Below are positions 47,101 to 56,144 of a stretch of DNA of 64,000 nucleotides, piece by piece. Position numbers and translations under genes: made by a program. This stretch comes from an uncultured Pseudomonadales bacterium. Its GTDB lineage: Bacteria; Patescibacteriota; Microgenomatia; UBA1400; PJMF01. Below the pieces are notes generated by a model. It saw only the letters and a program-made list of their open reading frames with translations, did no database searches and was not told where the DNA came from. The first letter of the stretch is position 1, and each line of letters opens with the position of its first letter. Location of the stretch: positions 11,703 to 75,702 of the forward strand of contig CAZNOF010000007.1 of the NCBI GenBank assembly GCA_964574595.1, read 5' to 3'.

Positions 47101-47360
47101 CCTTGGGGTTTTTCTTTCTGAATAACTTTCTCTACAAAGTACGGTGAGACAGGCAAGAAATAAATCTCATCTGCCAAACCTTGTGAAGTTTGAATCGTGG
47201 CCACATTTGGATTGATTAGGATAATGCGTTTTCCTTCTTCTTTCAGCGCTTTGATGGCTTGCGTCCCTGAGTAGTCAAACTCGCCTGCCTCTCCAATTTT
47301 CAGTGCTCCTGATCCAAGGAGTAAAACGGTGTGAATGGTGTTTGGCATGTGATCTTTCAT
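44100..47360 (-). CDS. carB: carbamoyl-phosphate synthase large subunit
   Basis: 1086 aa with duplicated ATP-grasp halves, an oligomerisation domain and a C-terminal MGS-like domain. Overlaps carA by 4 nt and pyrB by 14 nt. Confidence 0.95.
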   Translation of the reverse strand: MKDHMPNTIHTVLLLGSGALKIGEAGEFDYSGTQAIKALKEEGKRIILINPNVATIQTSQGLADEIYFLPVSPYFVEKVIQKEKPQGILLSFGGQTALNCGMDLYHSGILAKYHVQVLGTPVQAIVDTEDRERFAERLGKIGLKTARGRIVTSLEDGLAYARELHYPVMLRTGFALGGAGSGVASSEAILSALLKKAFATAPQVIVEESLAGWKEIEYEVVRDQADNCITVCNMENFDPVGIHTGESIVIAPSQTLNNHEYFLLRQVAMDTIRELKIVGECNIQYALNPETSDYRIIEVNARLSRSSALASKATGYPLAYVAAKLALGKTLPELKNSITQKTSAFFEPALDYVVVKIPRWDLDKYSHAVTEIGSEMKSVGEVMAIGRTFEEAIQKGTRMLNDGYQGVIDKNFNRETKAVLLKKLSVPNTMRLMTICSALRAGISVKTVAKITKIDTWFLEKLQHIISIYKEIEKTKNLSPELFRVAKRNGFSDKQIADLMEKSEEQMRVKRKKLGILPVVKRIDTMAGEFPAQTNYLYFTYAATESDHVADPKEKKVIVIGGGPYSIGTSVEFDWCAVNTIQTLKKNGYKSIMVNCNPETVSTDYDNSDYLYFEALCLEQVLDIYDIEQSPFILSVGGQIPNNLAQKLYDHHVPILGTSAEDIQRAEDRQLFSALLDRLKIFQPAWCEANNTKKALALAKEIGYPILVRPSFVLSGKAMSVLKSEQDLERYMDRNELDLKEHPLVMSYFLNNARECDYDGVAQNGKVVRSALSEHLEAGGVHSGDSTLSLPSITLSDSIKQRIQKSVEDIVDALHVQGPFNIQFLIEDDTAFVIECNLRASRSMPFVSKVLNQNFIEAATEIALGKKVSPNIITEIPYQAIKVPQFSFLKLRGSDPILRVEMGSTGEVAAFGKDIHEAYLKGLLATNIKLPQKKAVLVSLGGARNKLNFVESCRKLMNEGYRIYATSGTYLFLKENRVTATEISKIQEGKHPDAVDLMTKREIDFAVVVPRSHKDSTPKKNKNGNTDGYMMRRMAVDFGIPIFASTDNAAYFVEAVTRYSLPDLAIKSWREYVEQLSINKGAYAQK

Positions 47361-48427
47361 GTTAATACCTCAAAAATCCAATCAGTATCAAATGGGCCTG
47401 GCTCCCCTTCCGGATGGAACTGAACACTCCAGGCTTTTTGTTGGGTACTTTGTACCCCTTCATTCGTATTGTCATTTAAGTTTACAAACCACTCTTTTAC
47501 TGTTGAGGGCAAGGATTCTCTCTTGACGGCATACCCGTGATTTTGTGAGGTTAAATAGGCTTTTTTCGTCGAAAGGTCTTGGCATGGCTGATTAAGCCCT
47601 CGGTGCCCGTATGGCAATTTATATGTATCTCCACCAACAGCCAAGGCGAATAATTGATGACCCAAGCAAATGCCTAAGAAAGGAATTCCTTTAGCCAATA
47701 CTTCCTTAATGTGTCTCACGGTAATAAGGCAATCTTTTGGATCACCAGGACCATTGGAACACAGGACGCAATCAAATTTTTCCTTCAATTCAAATGGGCT
47801 CATGTCCCAGGGAATTCGGATAATGGTGAAACCTTTATTAAGCAGCGCTCTCAAAATACCGTGCTTAACGCCGCAATCTATCACCACTACTGTTTTGCCA
47901 TTTGCCAGCTTCTTTTCTGGAGTGTAATGCAACACTTTTGGATAACTGACTCGCTGAACTTGGTTAACGGATTGCGCTTTTTTCCAGACGGGTGATTTTT
48001 TCTTAAAGGAGATTACTCCTCTCATACTTCCAAATTGGCGTAGTTTCTGGGTCAAAGCCCGAGTGTCTATTCCTGTAATTCCTGGAACTTTATTTTTCCG
48101 TAACCACTGGGAAAATGATTGAGTAGACGCGTGGTGAGACTCTTCCACAGTCAGATCACCCACTATCACGGCTTGTGTCCAAACTTTTTCAGATTCAAAA
48201 TTTTCTGATAGGTGTGGGGCTCGAGCAATAGATTTAGGAACTCCATAATTTCCGATTAAAGGAAATGTGAAAACTAAAATCTGACCGGCAAAGGATGGAT
48301 CAGAGAGACTTTGACAGTACCCAGTCATCCCAGTTGAAAAGACGACTTCACCGGCAACTTCAAGTTCTGCTCCAAAATGATCACCTTCAAATACGCTACC
48401 GTCTTCTAAATGTAAGTATGCTTTCAT
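47357..48427 (-). CDS. carA: carbamoyl-phosphate synthase small (glutaminase) subunit
   Basis: CPSase small-chain N-domain plus class I glutamine amidotransferase with the catalytic Cys (GICLGHQ). 356 aa. Confidence 0.9.
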   Translation of the reverse strand: MKAYLHLEDGSVFEGDHFGAELEVAGEVVFSTGMTGYCQSLSDPSFAGQILVFTFPLIGNYGVPKSIARAPHLSENFESEKVWTQAVIVGDLTVEESHHASTQSFSQWLRKNKVPGITGIDTRALTQKLRQFGSMRGVISFKKKSPVWKKAQSVNQVQRVSYPKVLHYTPEKKLANGKTVVVIDCGVKHGILRALLNKGFTIIRIPWDMSPFELKEKFDCVLCSNGPGDPKDCLITVRHIKEVLAKGIPFLGICLGHQLFALAVGGDTYKLPYGHRGLNQPCQDLSTKKAYLTSQNHGYAVKRESLPSTVKEWFVNLNDNTNEGVQSTQQKAWSVQFHPEGEPGPFDTDWIFEVLT

Positions 48428-48465
48428 AAGGTACTCGGTGTTCCGGCAACAAAGCCTCTAGATGC

Positions 48466-48490
48466 AAAAAAAATCCCGACTGAATCGGGA
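48466..48490 (-). promoter_or_regulatory. terminator-like attenuator in the carA-pyr leader (TCCCGA-ttcag-TCGGGA followed by U8), about 45 nt upstream of the carA ATG
   Basis: On the minus-strand transcript the 6-bp hairpin is followed by TTTTTTTT. No minus-strand gene lies upstream; the neighbouring gene is divergent. So this is a 5'-leader element, not the 3' end of another gene. Confidence 0.4.
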
Positions 48491-48681
48491 TGAAACACAA
48501 ATTTAAGACAATCTTTGTCATTATGACAAAGAATTACGAATGAATTAGGCAAAAAAAAACTAGTGTCTGGCACTAGAGAGTACATTCTAGTTATGTATTT
48601 CCATAAATGCAAGTTCGGATTTTCCCGTCGAGTAGCAGCGGATTTTCAGCTTCTTTTCAGATAAAAGCGTATAATAACGAT

Positions 48682-49356
48682 ATGAGAATTTTAGTTGTCG
48701 AGGATGAACATAGAATTGCCAATACGGTAAAAAAGGGACTTGAACAAGAACGTTACGCCGTAGATGTTGCCTATAGTGGGAGTGATGGTTTTGACCTCGC
48801 CCTCACAGAAGATTATGATCTTATCATTCTTGACTTAATGTTGCCTGAAATGGATGGCTTAACCATCTGCAAAGAGCTTAGAGCAAAACACATTCACACC
48901 CCGATTTTAATTCTGACTGCTAAAGGTCAACTCCATGACAAAGTCACTGGACTTGATACTGGCGCTGATGACTACTTAACCAAACCGTTTTCCTTTGAAG
49001 AACTTTTAGCCAGAATTCGCGCCCTATCACGTCGACCTAAAACCGTCATTGACTCGGTCTTAAATATTGGCGACTTGAAACTAGACCCTCAACAGTACGT
49101 GGCTGAAAGATCTGGCCAGAGCATTCAGCTTTCAAGCAAAGAGTTTTCATTATTAGAATACTTGATGCGGCACCCCAGGAAAATCTTAACAAAAAAGCAA
49201 ATTATCAGTCACGTTTGGGACTATGAAGCAGATGTTTTGCCTAACACTGTGGAAGTCTACATTCGTAACCTCCGAAATAAGATTGACCAACCTTTCAAGG
49301 ATAAAAAAGCTTTAATTCAGACTGTTCGCGGCTTTGGGTATAAGATAGGAGAGTGA
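48682..49356 (+). CDS. OmpR-family response regulator. Start at the MRILVVEDE Met; the track's longer 48607 start is rejected.
   Basis: Receiver (ILVVEDE, LIILDLMLPEMDG, KPF) and winged-helix output domain (LSSKEFSLLEYLMRHP ... VRGFGYKI). A TATAAT hexamer lies 6 nt upstream of the ATG. Confidence 0.9.
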   Translation: MRILVVEDEHRIANTVKKGLEQERYAVDVAYSGSDGFDLALTEDYDLIILDLMLPEMDGLTICKELRAKHIHTPILILTAKGQLHDKVTGLDTGADDYLTKPFSFEELLARIRALSRRPKTVIDSVLNIGDLKLDPQQYVAERSGQSIQLSSKEFSLLEYLMRHPRKILTKKQIISHVWDYEADVLPNTVEVYIRNLRNKIDQPFKDKKALIQTVRGFGYKIGE

Positions 49357-50420
49357 CAATGTTCCGCTCCGCCCGCTTGAAATTAACTCTCTGGTATTTA
49401 CTGATTATCATGTTCATTAGTTTGGCGTTTAGTTTTTTTATCTATAACGTCTTAATTACTGAAGTCCAAAGATTTGCTGACATGCAGCAGGCTCGAATTG
49501 AACATCAGGTAATGGAGAGTCAGTTATTTTATCAAGGATTTATTGATCCCAATCAGTCTGTCCCCGACTTTAGCAAACAACTTGTTGAGGAAACACAACG
49601 ACGACTCATTTTCATTTTATTTATTATCAATGGCAGTATCCTGATTCTAGCCGGTGGCATCGGATACTTCTTGGCCGGGAGAACACTGCGACCAATTCAA
49701 GAAATGCTGAGCGAGCAAAATCGCTTCATTTCTGATTCATCCCACGAACTGAGAACACCACTCACCTCATTGAAAACAGCCATGGAAGTCAGTCTCAGGG
49801 ATAAAAACTTAAAACTAGCGGAAGCCAAAACCATCCTGAACGAAAGCATTGATGAGGTAAATAAACTTCAGGCACTTTCTGATGGTTTGTTGCAATTAGC
49901 GCAGTATCAAAAACCAAATAACTCCATTCCATTCAGTACCATTTCACTTAAGGCCGTGGTGGAAAAATCGATTAAGCATGTCTCACCGATGGCTCAGAAA
50001 AAATCGATAACCATCCATGACCAAACTGCGGATATTACATTTGAGGGCAATGCTTTTGGCATGACTGATTTGCTGGTCATCTTATTAGATAATGCCATTA
50101 AGTACACTGCAAACGAAAAGAATATTTTCCTTTTCTCGAAGCAGAAAGATGGCTTTTTACAGATTCTTGTTCAAGATCAAGGTATAGGCGTCAATGAAAA
50201 GGATATTCCCCATTTATTTGATCGCTTTTATCGAGCAGATGAAGCGCGATCGAAAGAATCCATTGGTGGCTACGGGCTCGGACTATCCATTGCTAAGAAA
50301 ATCGTGGAATCCCATAAAGGCACTATCCAAGCTAAAAAGAACGTAGAAGACGGGAGCACATTTGTGGTTCTTATCCCTCTTAAACAATCCTTTATAAGAA
50401 GACCTCACCTTTTCAGTTAG
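49353..50420 (+). CDS. membrane sensor histidine kinase (two transmembrane segments, about 60-aa extracytoplasmic loop)
   Basis: H-box (SSHELRTPLTSL). N, G1 and G2 boxes (LDNAIKYT, DQGIGV, GYGLGLSIA). Overlaps the regulator by 4 nt. Confidence 0.85.
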   Translation: MTMFRSARLKLTLWYLLIIMFISLAFSFFIYNVLITEVQRFADMQQARIEHQVMESQLFYQGFIDPNQSVPDFSKQLVEETQRRLIFILFIINGSILILAGGIGYFLAGRTLRPIQEMLSEQNRFISDSSHELRTPLTSLKTAMEVSLRDKNLKLAEAKTILNESIDEVNKLQALSDGLLQLAQYQKPNNSIPFSTISLKAVVEKSIKHVSPMAQKKSITIHDQTADITFEGNAFGMTDLLVILLDNAIKYTANEKNIFLFSKQKDGFLQILVQDQGIGVNEKDIPHLFDRFYRADEARSKESIGGYGLGLSIAKKIVESHKGTIQAKKNVEDGSTFVVLIPLKQSFIRRPHLFS

Positions 50421-50474
50421 ATTTCAGAGAACGAGACTAAACTACTACTTATTAGTAGAAAAGACTTACGTATC

Positions 50475-51761
50475 ATGCAAAAAATCAATTCAATTAAAAA
50501 ATGGCTAATAAACAGCCCACTCATCGTGAAAGCTGGCCTACTGTTAATGATCTTGGCGATAGGCTGGTTTGCTTACTCTAAAGTAGGAGCCACGTCATCT
50601 TCTCAGCAGGCTCAGTATCAAACTGCTCAAGTTGGAAAAGGGACTATTGTGGTCACAGTGACTTCATCAGGTTCTGTTTCTAGCGCTAATAGTGGCTCAG
50701 TCACTACACAAGCTTCTGGGGTGGTAACCAAGATTTTAGTCAAAAACGGCCAACAGGTAAAAACAGGACAAGAAATTGCCACTTTTGACTTGGACCAAAC
50801 TTCAAAACAAAAATATGCGGCTGCGCTAGCATCTTACCAGAGCGCCAAGAACAACCTAGCCAGTGCACAGGCCAAACTGTATTCGCTCCAAGCTGCTGAG
50901 TTTAAAGCCAATCAACAGTTTATGAATGGCAAAGGAACTTCTACCACACCAGATACTTCTGACCCTAATTACATTCAAGAAAATGCAACTTGGCTACAAG
51001 CAGAAGCTGACTATAAAAACCAAGCTTCCGTCATTTCCCAAGCTCAGACACAACTCAATTCAGCATCTCTGGCATTACTCCAAGTCTCTCCGACCGTGAC
51101 TTCTCCAATTTCTGGAACCGTCACAGGATTATCACTCCAGGTGGGCTCAGTCTTAGGATCAGCTTCAGATTCAAGTGGCAACCAAACTGCTCAAAAAATC
51201 GCCAGTATACAAACAACTGCTCAACCAACAATCACCGTAAACTTAACCCAAGTAGATATTCCAAAGATTAAAGTTGGCAACAAGGCAACCTTAACCTTTG
51301 ATGCCTTTTCAGATAAGACGTTCACCGGTGAAGTGGTTAGTATCGATACAATCGGCTCAGTTAGTTCTGGGGTCACCACATACCCAGCGGTCATTAAATT
51401 AGATACCAGCTCAGCTGACATCTTCTCAAATATGACAGCTACCGCCAACATTATCACCGACAGTAAATCGGACGTCCTGATTGTACCTTCCAGTGCCCTA
51501 GTGAGCTCAAATGGCGAAACCTTCGCCAGAGTTCTCAAAAATAATCAGGAAACCCAAGTGGCTGTCACGACAGGGCTCGCGTCTAGTACGCAGGTGGAAA
51601 TTACTTCAGGCTTAAGCGAGGGAGATATGGTCATTACTGGTACAACTTCCTCTGCAGCTGCCACCACCTCAACTACTAGTACAACGTCTGTTTTCAGTAC
51701 CTTGGGTGGCGCTAGAGGCGGTGCTGCTGGCGTAAATGTCGTCAGAGTTAGAGGTAACTAA
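50475..51761 (+). CDS. MacA/HlyD-family periplasmic adaptor with a Thr/Ser/Ala-rich low-complexity C-terminal tail
   Basis: N-terminal anchor, lipoyl and beta-barrel segments and a long Q/A-rich coiled coil. C-terminus TTSSAAATTSTTSTTSVFSTLGGARGGAAG. Upstream of the MacB-like ATPase and permease. Confidence 0.75.
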   Translation: MQKINSIKKWLINSPLIVKAGLLLMILAIGWFAYSKVGATSSSQQAQYQTAQVGKGTIVVTVTSSGSVSSANSGSVTTQASGVVTKILVKNGQQVKTGQEIATFDLDQTSKQKYAAALASYQSAKNNLASAQAKLYSLQAAEFKANQQFMNGKGTSTTPDTSDPNYIQENATWLQAEADYKNQASVISQAQTQLNSASLALLQVSPTVTSPISGTVTGLSLQVGSVLGSASDSSGNQTAQKIASIQTTAQPTITVNLTQVDIPKIKVGNKATLTFDAFSDKTFTGEVVSIDTIGSVSSGVTTYPAVIKLDTSSADIFSNMTATANIITDSKSDVLIVPSSALVSSNGETFARVLKNNQETQVAVTTGLASSTQVEITSGLSEGDMVITGTTSSAAATTSTTSTTSVFSTLGGARGGAAGVNVVRVRGN

Positions 51762-51762
51762 T

Positions 51763-52506
51763 ATGGCTAATTCTGTGCCGGCAATTAAAGTCTCTCATAT
51801 CTCCAAAATTTATAAGATGGAAGGTGGTTTGGAGACTGTAGCTTTGTCTGATATTACCTTTGAAGTTAAAAAAGGCGAGTTTGTAGCAATCATGGGACCC
51901 TCCGGTTCTGGCAAATCCACCTTGATGCACATTTTGGGTGCTCTGGATAAACCAACCAGTGGTGAGTATATTCTTGATGGTGAAAATGTTTCGCAACTTG
52001 ATGATGATGATTTAGCAGATATTAGAAATCGCAAAATTGGCTTTATTTTTCAGGCATTTAACCTTCTCCCAAGAACAACAACTATGAAAAATGTGATGCT
52101 ACCAATGGCGTACGCTGGCTTGCCAAAAGACGAGCAACTCAGAACTGCTCAGAAGTACTTAGAAATGGTTGGCTTAGGTCACCGGCTCCAGCACACTTCG
52201 AATCAACTTTCTGGTGGACAACAACAAAGAGTCGCCATTGCTCGATCGCTCGTATTAAACCCGGCAATTTTATTAGCTGATGAACCAACAGGAAATATTG
52301 CTACCTCGCAAGCTGCTGAGATTATGTCCATCTTTCAACAGTTAAACGATGAAGGACACACCATCGTCATGATTACCCATGAACCAGATATTGCTGAGCA
52401 CGCAAAAAGAGTCATTCACATCCGTGACGGTAAAATTTCAGCAGATACGACTCAACATCAGCAACGTAGAGCAAAAAGAAATACAAAAATCGTAGAAGAT
52501 CAATAA
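51763..52506 (+). CDS. ABC transporter ATP-binding protein (MacB/LolD-like ATPase)
   Basis: Walker A (GPSGSGKST), Q-loop, signature (LSGGQQQRVAIARSL), Walker B (LLADEPTGNI), H-loop. Start at the Met 1 nt after the adaptor gene's stop. Confidence 0.9.
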   Translation: MANSVPAIKVSHISKIYKMEGGLETVALSDITFEVKKGEFVAIMGPSGSGKSTLMHILGALDKPTSGEYILDGENVSQLDDDDLADIRNRKIGFIFQAFNLLPRTTTMKNVMLPMAYAGLPKDEQLRTAQKYLEMVGLGHRLQHTSNQLSGGQQQRVAIARSLVLNPAILLADEPTGNIATSQAAEIMSIFQQLNDEGHTIVMITHEPDIAEHAKRVIHIRDGKISADTTQHQQRRAKRNTKIVEDQ

Positions 52507-52509
52507 CAT

Positions 52510-53730
52510 ATGAATTTACTCGATCTATTTTTTGAAGGACTGAATACTTTGAACGTCAACAAGATGAGAACCGGCTTGGCAATCTTAGGAATTGTGATTG
52601 GTATTGGCAGCGTGATCGCCCTGGTCTCACTTGGCCAGGCAAGTCAGCAGGCTGTTCAATCTCAGATTCAGTCACTCGGCGCTAACCTGATTACCGTGAG
52701 TCCGGGTTCTCAGCAGAGTGGGCTGGTGCGTGGAGCGGAGGGTGGTGGAACCACCTTAACCAATGACGATGCTAAAGCCATTAAAACTTCTTCTTCTGTT
52801 ACAACTATCGCCAACGTTTCTCCAGAATATTCTGGTCGAAGTCAGGTGACTACCGGTTCAACGAATGCCAATACCCAAGTGATTGGCGTTGAACCTATCT
52901 ACACCTCTGTTCATAAGATTTCCATTTCTTCAGGCAACTTTATTACTCAACGGGATGTCGACACCATGGCTAAAGTCGCAGTTATTGGCCCAACAGTAGT
53001 TACTAATTTATTTAATGGAGCTGATCCAATTGGTCAAACCATCCGAGTAGGAACACAAACTTTAACGGTTGTGGGTGTGACTGTTTCTAAAGGTGGCACG
53101 GGATTTCAAAACCAAGACGACATTATCTATGTTCCCTTGTCGACTGCTCAAAAACAAATTTATGGGAAAAATTACTTGAGTTCAATCGCTCTTGAAGCTA
53201 AAAGTTCTGAGGTAATGGTCCAGGCTCAAGATGAGGTGGGGTACTTGCTCTTATCCAGGCACAAGTTGACCGATCCAGCTAAGGCTGACTTTTCAATATT
53301 TTCGCAACAGGACATTTTAAATACTGTTTCTGCCACCACAGGCACATTCACTACGCTTCTGTCAGGAGTTGCCGCCATTTCACTGCTCGTTGGAGGTATT
53401 GGCATTATGAACATCATGCTGGTGACGGTAACTGAACGAACAAGAGAAATCGGCTTACGAAAAGCATTGGGAGCCAAGAAAAAAGTCATTACCACGCAGT
53501 TTTTAATCGAATCAATCTTGTTAACATTTACTGGTGGAATCATTGGCGTATTCTTCGGCATTGCCGCTTCATTTGCCATTGCTCAATTTACCAGTTCTCC
53601 ATTCGTCATTTCTCCTCCTTCAATTCTGCTGGCTTGTGCGGTCTCAGCAGTGATTGGCATTCTGTTTGGCTGGTACCCAGCTCAACGAGCTGCCAATTTG
53701 CAGCCTATCGAAGCATTGAGATATGAATAA
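52510..53730 (+). CDS. ABC transporter permease (FtsX-like / MacB permease domain)
   Basis: N-terminal transmembrane segment, a large extracytoplasmic domain, then three C-terminal transmembrane segments with the FtsX motif region (TERTREIGLRKALGA). Confidence 0.85.
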   Translation: MNLLDLFFEGLNTLNVNKMRTGLAILGIVIGIGSVIALVSLGQASQQAVQSQIQSLGANLITVSPGSQQSGLVRGAEGGGTTLTNDDAKAIKTSSSVTTIANVSPEYSGRSQVTTGSTNANTQVIGVEPIYTSVHKISISSGNFITQRDVDTMAKVAVIGPTVVTNLFNGADPIGQTIRVGTQTLTVVGVTVSKGGTGFQNQDDIIYVPLSTAQKQIYGKNYLSSIALEAKSSEVMVQAQDEVGYLLLSRHKLTDPAKADFSIFSQQDILNTVSATTGTFTTLLSGVAAISLLVGGIGIMNIMLVTVTERTREIGLRKALGAKKKVITTQFLIESILLTFTGGIIGVFFGIAASFAIAQFTSSPFVISPPSILLACAVSAVIGILFGWYPAQRAANLQPIEALRYE

Positions 53731-53750
53731 ATAATAAAAAAGGAGTCTTT

Positions 53751-54245
53751 ATGAAAGACATGAAAAATCAATCTATGCTCATTACGGTGGTCGCCGTGGT
53801 AATTGTGGGAGCCGCTGCATTCTTTGGAGGTATGAAATATCAACAAAGTAAACAATTTGCTGGCTTTCGGATGGGTGCTGCGGGAATGATGGGTCAGCAA
53901 GGAAACAGACAATTTGTGGCGGGTCAAAATGGTCGTACCGGGACAGCAAATAGTATGAGACCAGTTGTAGGTGAGATTCTGAGTATGGACGACAAATCAA
54001 TTACGGTAAAACTCCAAGACGGTAGCAGCAAAATTGTGTTACTTCCAGATACAGCAACCTACAGCAAAACTGACACCGGTTCAAAAGCTGATTTAAAGGT
54101 TGGTGGCAAAGTGGGTGTTTTTGGCACCACGAATAGTGACGGCAGTGTGACTGCTCAAACAGTTCAAGAGAATCCGGCTTTTGGAATTGCTGGCCCGGGC
54201 ATGATGCGTGAAGTAATTACTTCCCCTTCTCCTGCCACAAAATAA
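53751..54245 (+). CDS. hypothetical exported protein (164 aa, Gly/Gln-rich linker plus beta-rich C-terminal domain)
   Basis: AGGAG ribosome-binding site 5 nt upstream. N-terminal transmembrane/signal segment (MLITVVAVVIVGAAAFFGG). Followed by a terminator. Confidence 0.5.
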   Translation: MKDMKNQSMLITVVAVVIVGAAAFFGGMKYQQSKQFAGFRMGAAGMMGQQGNRQFVAGQNGRTGTANSMRPVVGEILSMDDKSITVKLQDGSSKIVLLPDTATYSKTDTGSKADLKVGGKVGVFGTTNSDGSVTAQTVQENPAFGIAGPGMMREVITSPSPATK

Positions 54246-54263
54246 TTTTCTTTAGCCTGGTAA

Positions 54264-54294
54264 CCCCTGCACGAACGTGTAGGGGTTTTTGTTT
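54264..54294 (+). terminator. Rho-independent terminator after the efflux operon (CCCCTGCACG ... CGTGTAGGGG followed by TTTTTGTTT)
   Basis: About 10-bp GC-rich inverted repeat immediately followed by a T-run, 19 nt after the stop at 54245. Confidence 0.55.
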
Positions 54295-54376
54295 CACTGT
54301 TGACCTTTGCTTGAAACCATATTAGTTTACAGAGAGCTATAAGCAAGCTACAGTAAGCTAACAATAATTTCAAAGA

Positions 54377-54934
54377 ATGGTCATCATGAAAAAGCCAGCA
54401 TTCCCATTAATTCCCCAAGCAAAGAGTTCTTACTTCATACAGGAATACAAACCATCCGTACAAATTGAAGGTGTGAAGTTAATAGATTTGCCACATATTA
54501 ATAATGAAGAAGGTGACTTTTCCGAAATTCTCAGAATTAACGAGGAGGGTTGCCTTGAGCGCTTTCCGAACTTTAAATTACGCCAAATCAATCGAACTGA
54601 GCTTTTTCCTCAGTCCATCAAAGCTTGGCACTTCCATTTTAAACAAGATGAAATTTGGTACACAGGTCCAGCAAACCACATTGTAGTAGGATTATGGGAT
54701 CTGAGAGCTGACTCAAAAACGAGTGGTCAATCAACAAAAATCATCTTAGGTAATGGCAACCGCAACATGCTGTATATTCCAACTGGAGTGGCACATGGCT
54801 CGATTAACACCTCATCAAAATCTATTAACTTATTCTACTTTGTGAACCAACAGTTCAATCTCCAAGATCCTGATGAGCAAAGAATTCATTGGGATGCGCT
54901 AGGCGCAGACTTTTGGAAGCCAGAGCGAGACTAA
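54377..54934 (+). CDS. RmlC-like cupin (dTDP-4-dehydrorhamnose 3,5-epimerase family) sugar-nucleotide epimerase/isomerase
   Basis: Conserved HFHFKQDEIWY region (compare RmlC RGLHFQ) and a downstream YIPTGVAHG cupin motif. 185 aa. Confidence 0.6.
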   Translation: MVIMKKPAFPLIPQAKSSYFIQEYKPSVQIEGVKLIDLPHINNEEGDFSEILRINEEGCLERFPNFKLRQINRTELFPQSIKAWHFHFKQDEIWYTGPANHIVVGLWDLRADSKTSGQSTKIILGNGNRNMLYIPTGVAHGSINTSSKSINLFYFVNQQFNLQDPDEQRIHWDALGADFWKPERD

Positions 54935-54984
54935 TAAGGTGACATACGCTTAAAAATGAGTTTAGGAAAAAATTTGCGGTAACA

Positions 54985-56139
54985 GTGAGCATTTTGCTTC
55001 TTTGGAAGATCTTTCTTCTTTTGGTTGCAGTCTTAGCAACTAAGCTACTGACATTTATTCCTACGTTTACCCCGTTTGTGAGTGAGTACGCACGTAAGTA
55101 TCCTTATTTAGTAGGTATTTGGGGTAACTTTGATGGCATGCATTACTTAAGTATTGCTCGTCACGGATATGAGCCATTGAAGCAGGCGTTTTTCCCCCTT
55201 TACCCACTTCTCATTTGGACTGTTCATAGGATTGCAGGAATCTCATATCTTTACTCTGCATTGTTTGTGTCCCATTTTTTCTTTATTTGCACAGTTCCAG
55301 TACTTTATTTCTTAACCAAAAGAGATGGACAGTTTAATTGGTACTTTTTCCTCGCGATTCTATTGTTGTATCCAACTTCTTTCTTTTATGGTGCCGTATA
55401 CAACGACGCCTTATTTTTCTTTCTTGCCACGCACTCAATATTCTTTGCTAGGAAGCAAAATTGGTTAGTTGCAAGTCTTTTTGCTGGACTAGCCTCAATT
55501 GCCCGTTTAAATGGCTTAGCATTAGGGGTCTATATTGGTCTGGAGTACATCTTGGCTCAGGCAACATTGAAGGAAAGTTGGGATGTCAAATATATTGTCA
55601 AAAGTATTAAACGGAAGCTGCAGCTCTCTGAAATTTGGAAGAGTAAAATCCTGGCTGTTTTACTCGTTCCATTTGCCTTTGGTTCATACCTTTACTACCT
55701 CCAAGTAACTTTTGGGGACTGGAGAACACTTTTTAGATCCATGGAGATTTGGAAACAAAGTCACTTCACCTTTCCGCCAATTGTCGTTTGGCATTATGTA
55801 AAAATCCTGCTGACTTACTCCCCTAATCAACCAAACTACTGGATCGCAGTCTTAGAATTCTTTACTGTACTCTTTTACTGTCACGTATTGCTTTTATCAA
55901 TCAAGAAAATTCGCTTGTCTTACTGGATATTTATTGCCGTTTGTATTCTTATTCCATGGACAACAGGTACTTTTCAGGGCATGCCCAGGTACGCACTCCA
56001 TCTTTATCCCTTTTTCCTGGCTTGGAGTATTTTGTTAGCTGAGCAAAGTAAAGTAACCAAAGTTTTCTACTTTTTTGTTTCTGTTCTGGCACTCATTTTT
56101 ATTCTTACACTCTTTACTCGTGGCTACTTTGTTACATAA
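54985..56139 (+). CDS. polytopic membrane protein, probable GT-C-fold glycosyltransferase (PMT_2/DUF2029-like)
   Basis: About 10 predicted transmembrane helices. An acidic/aromatic motif in the first extracytoplasmic loop (NFDGMHYLSIARHGYEP). GTG start. Followed by a polyprenyl-phosphate-sugar synthase-like GT2. Confidence 0.45.
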   Translation: MSILLLWKIFLLLVAVLATKLLTFIPTFTPFVSEYARKYPYLVGIWGNFDGMHYLSIARHGYEPLKQAFFPLYPLLIWTVHRIAGISYLYSALFVSHFFFICTVPVLYFLTKRDGQFNWYFFLAILLLYPTSFFYGAVYNDALFFFLATHSIFFARKQNWLVASLFAGLASIARLNGLALGVYIGLEYILAQATLKESWDVKYIVKSIKRKLQLSEIWKSKILAVLLVPFAFGSYLYYLQVTFGDWRTLFRSMEIWKQSHFTFPPIVVWHYVKILLTYSPNQPNYWIAVLEFFTVLFYCHVLLLSIKKIRLSYWIFIAVCILIPWTTGTFQGMPRYALHLYPFFLAWSILLAEQSKVTKVFYFFVSVLALIFILTLFTRGYFVT

Positions 56140-56144
56140 TTTTT

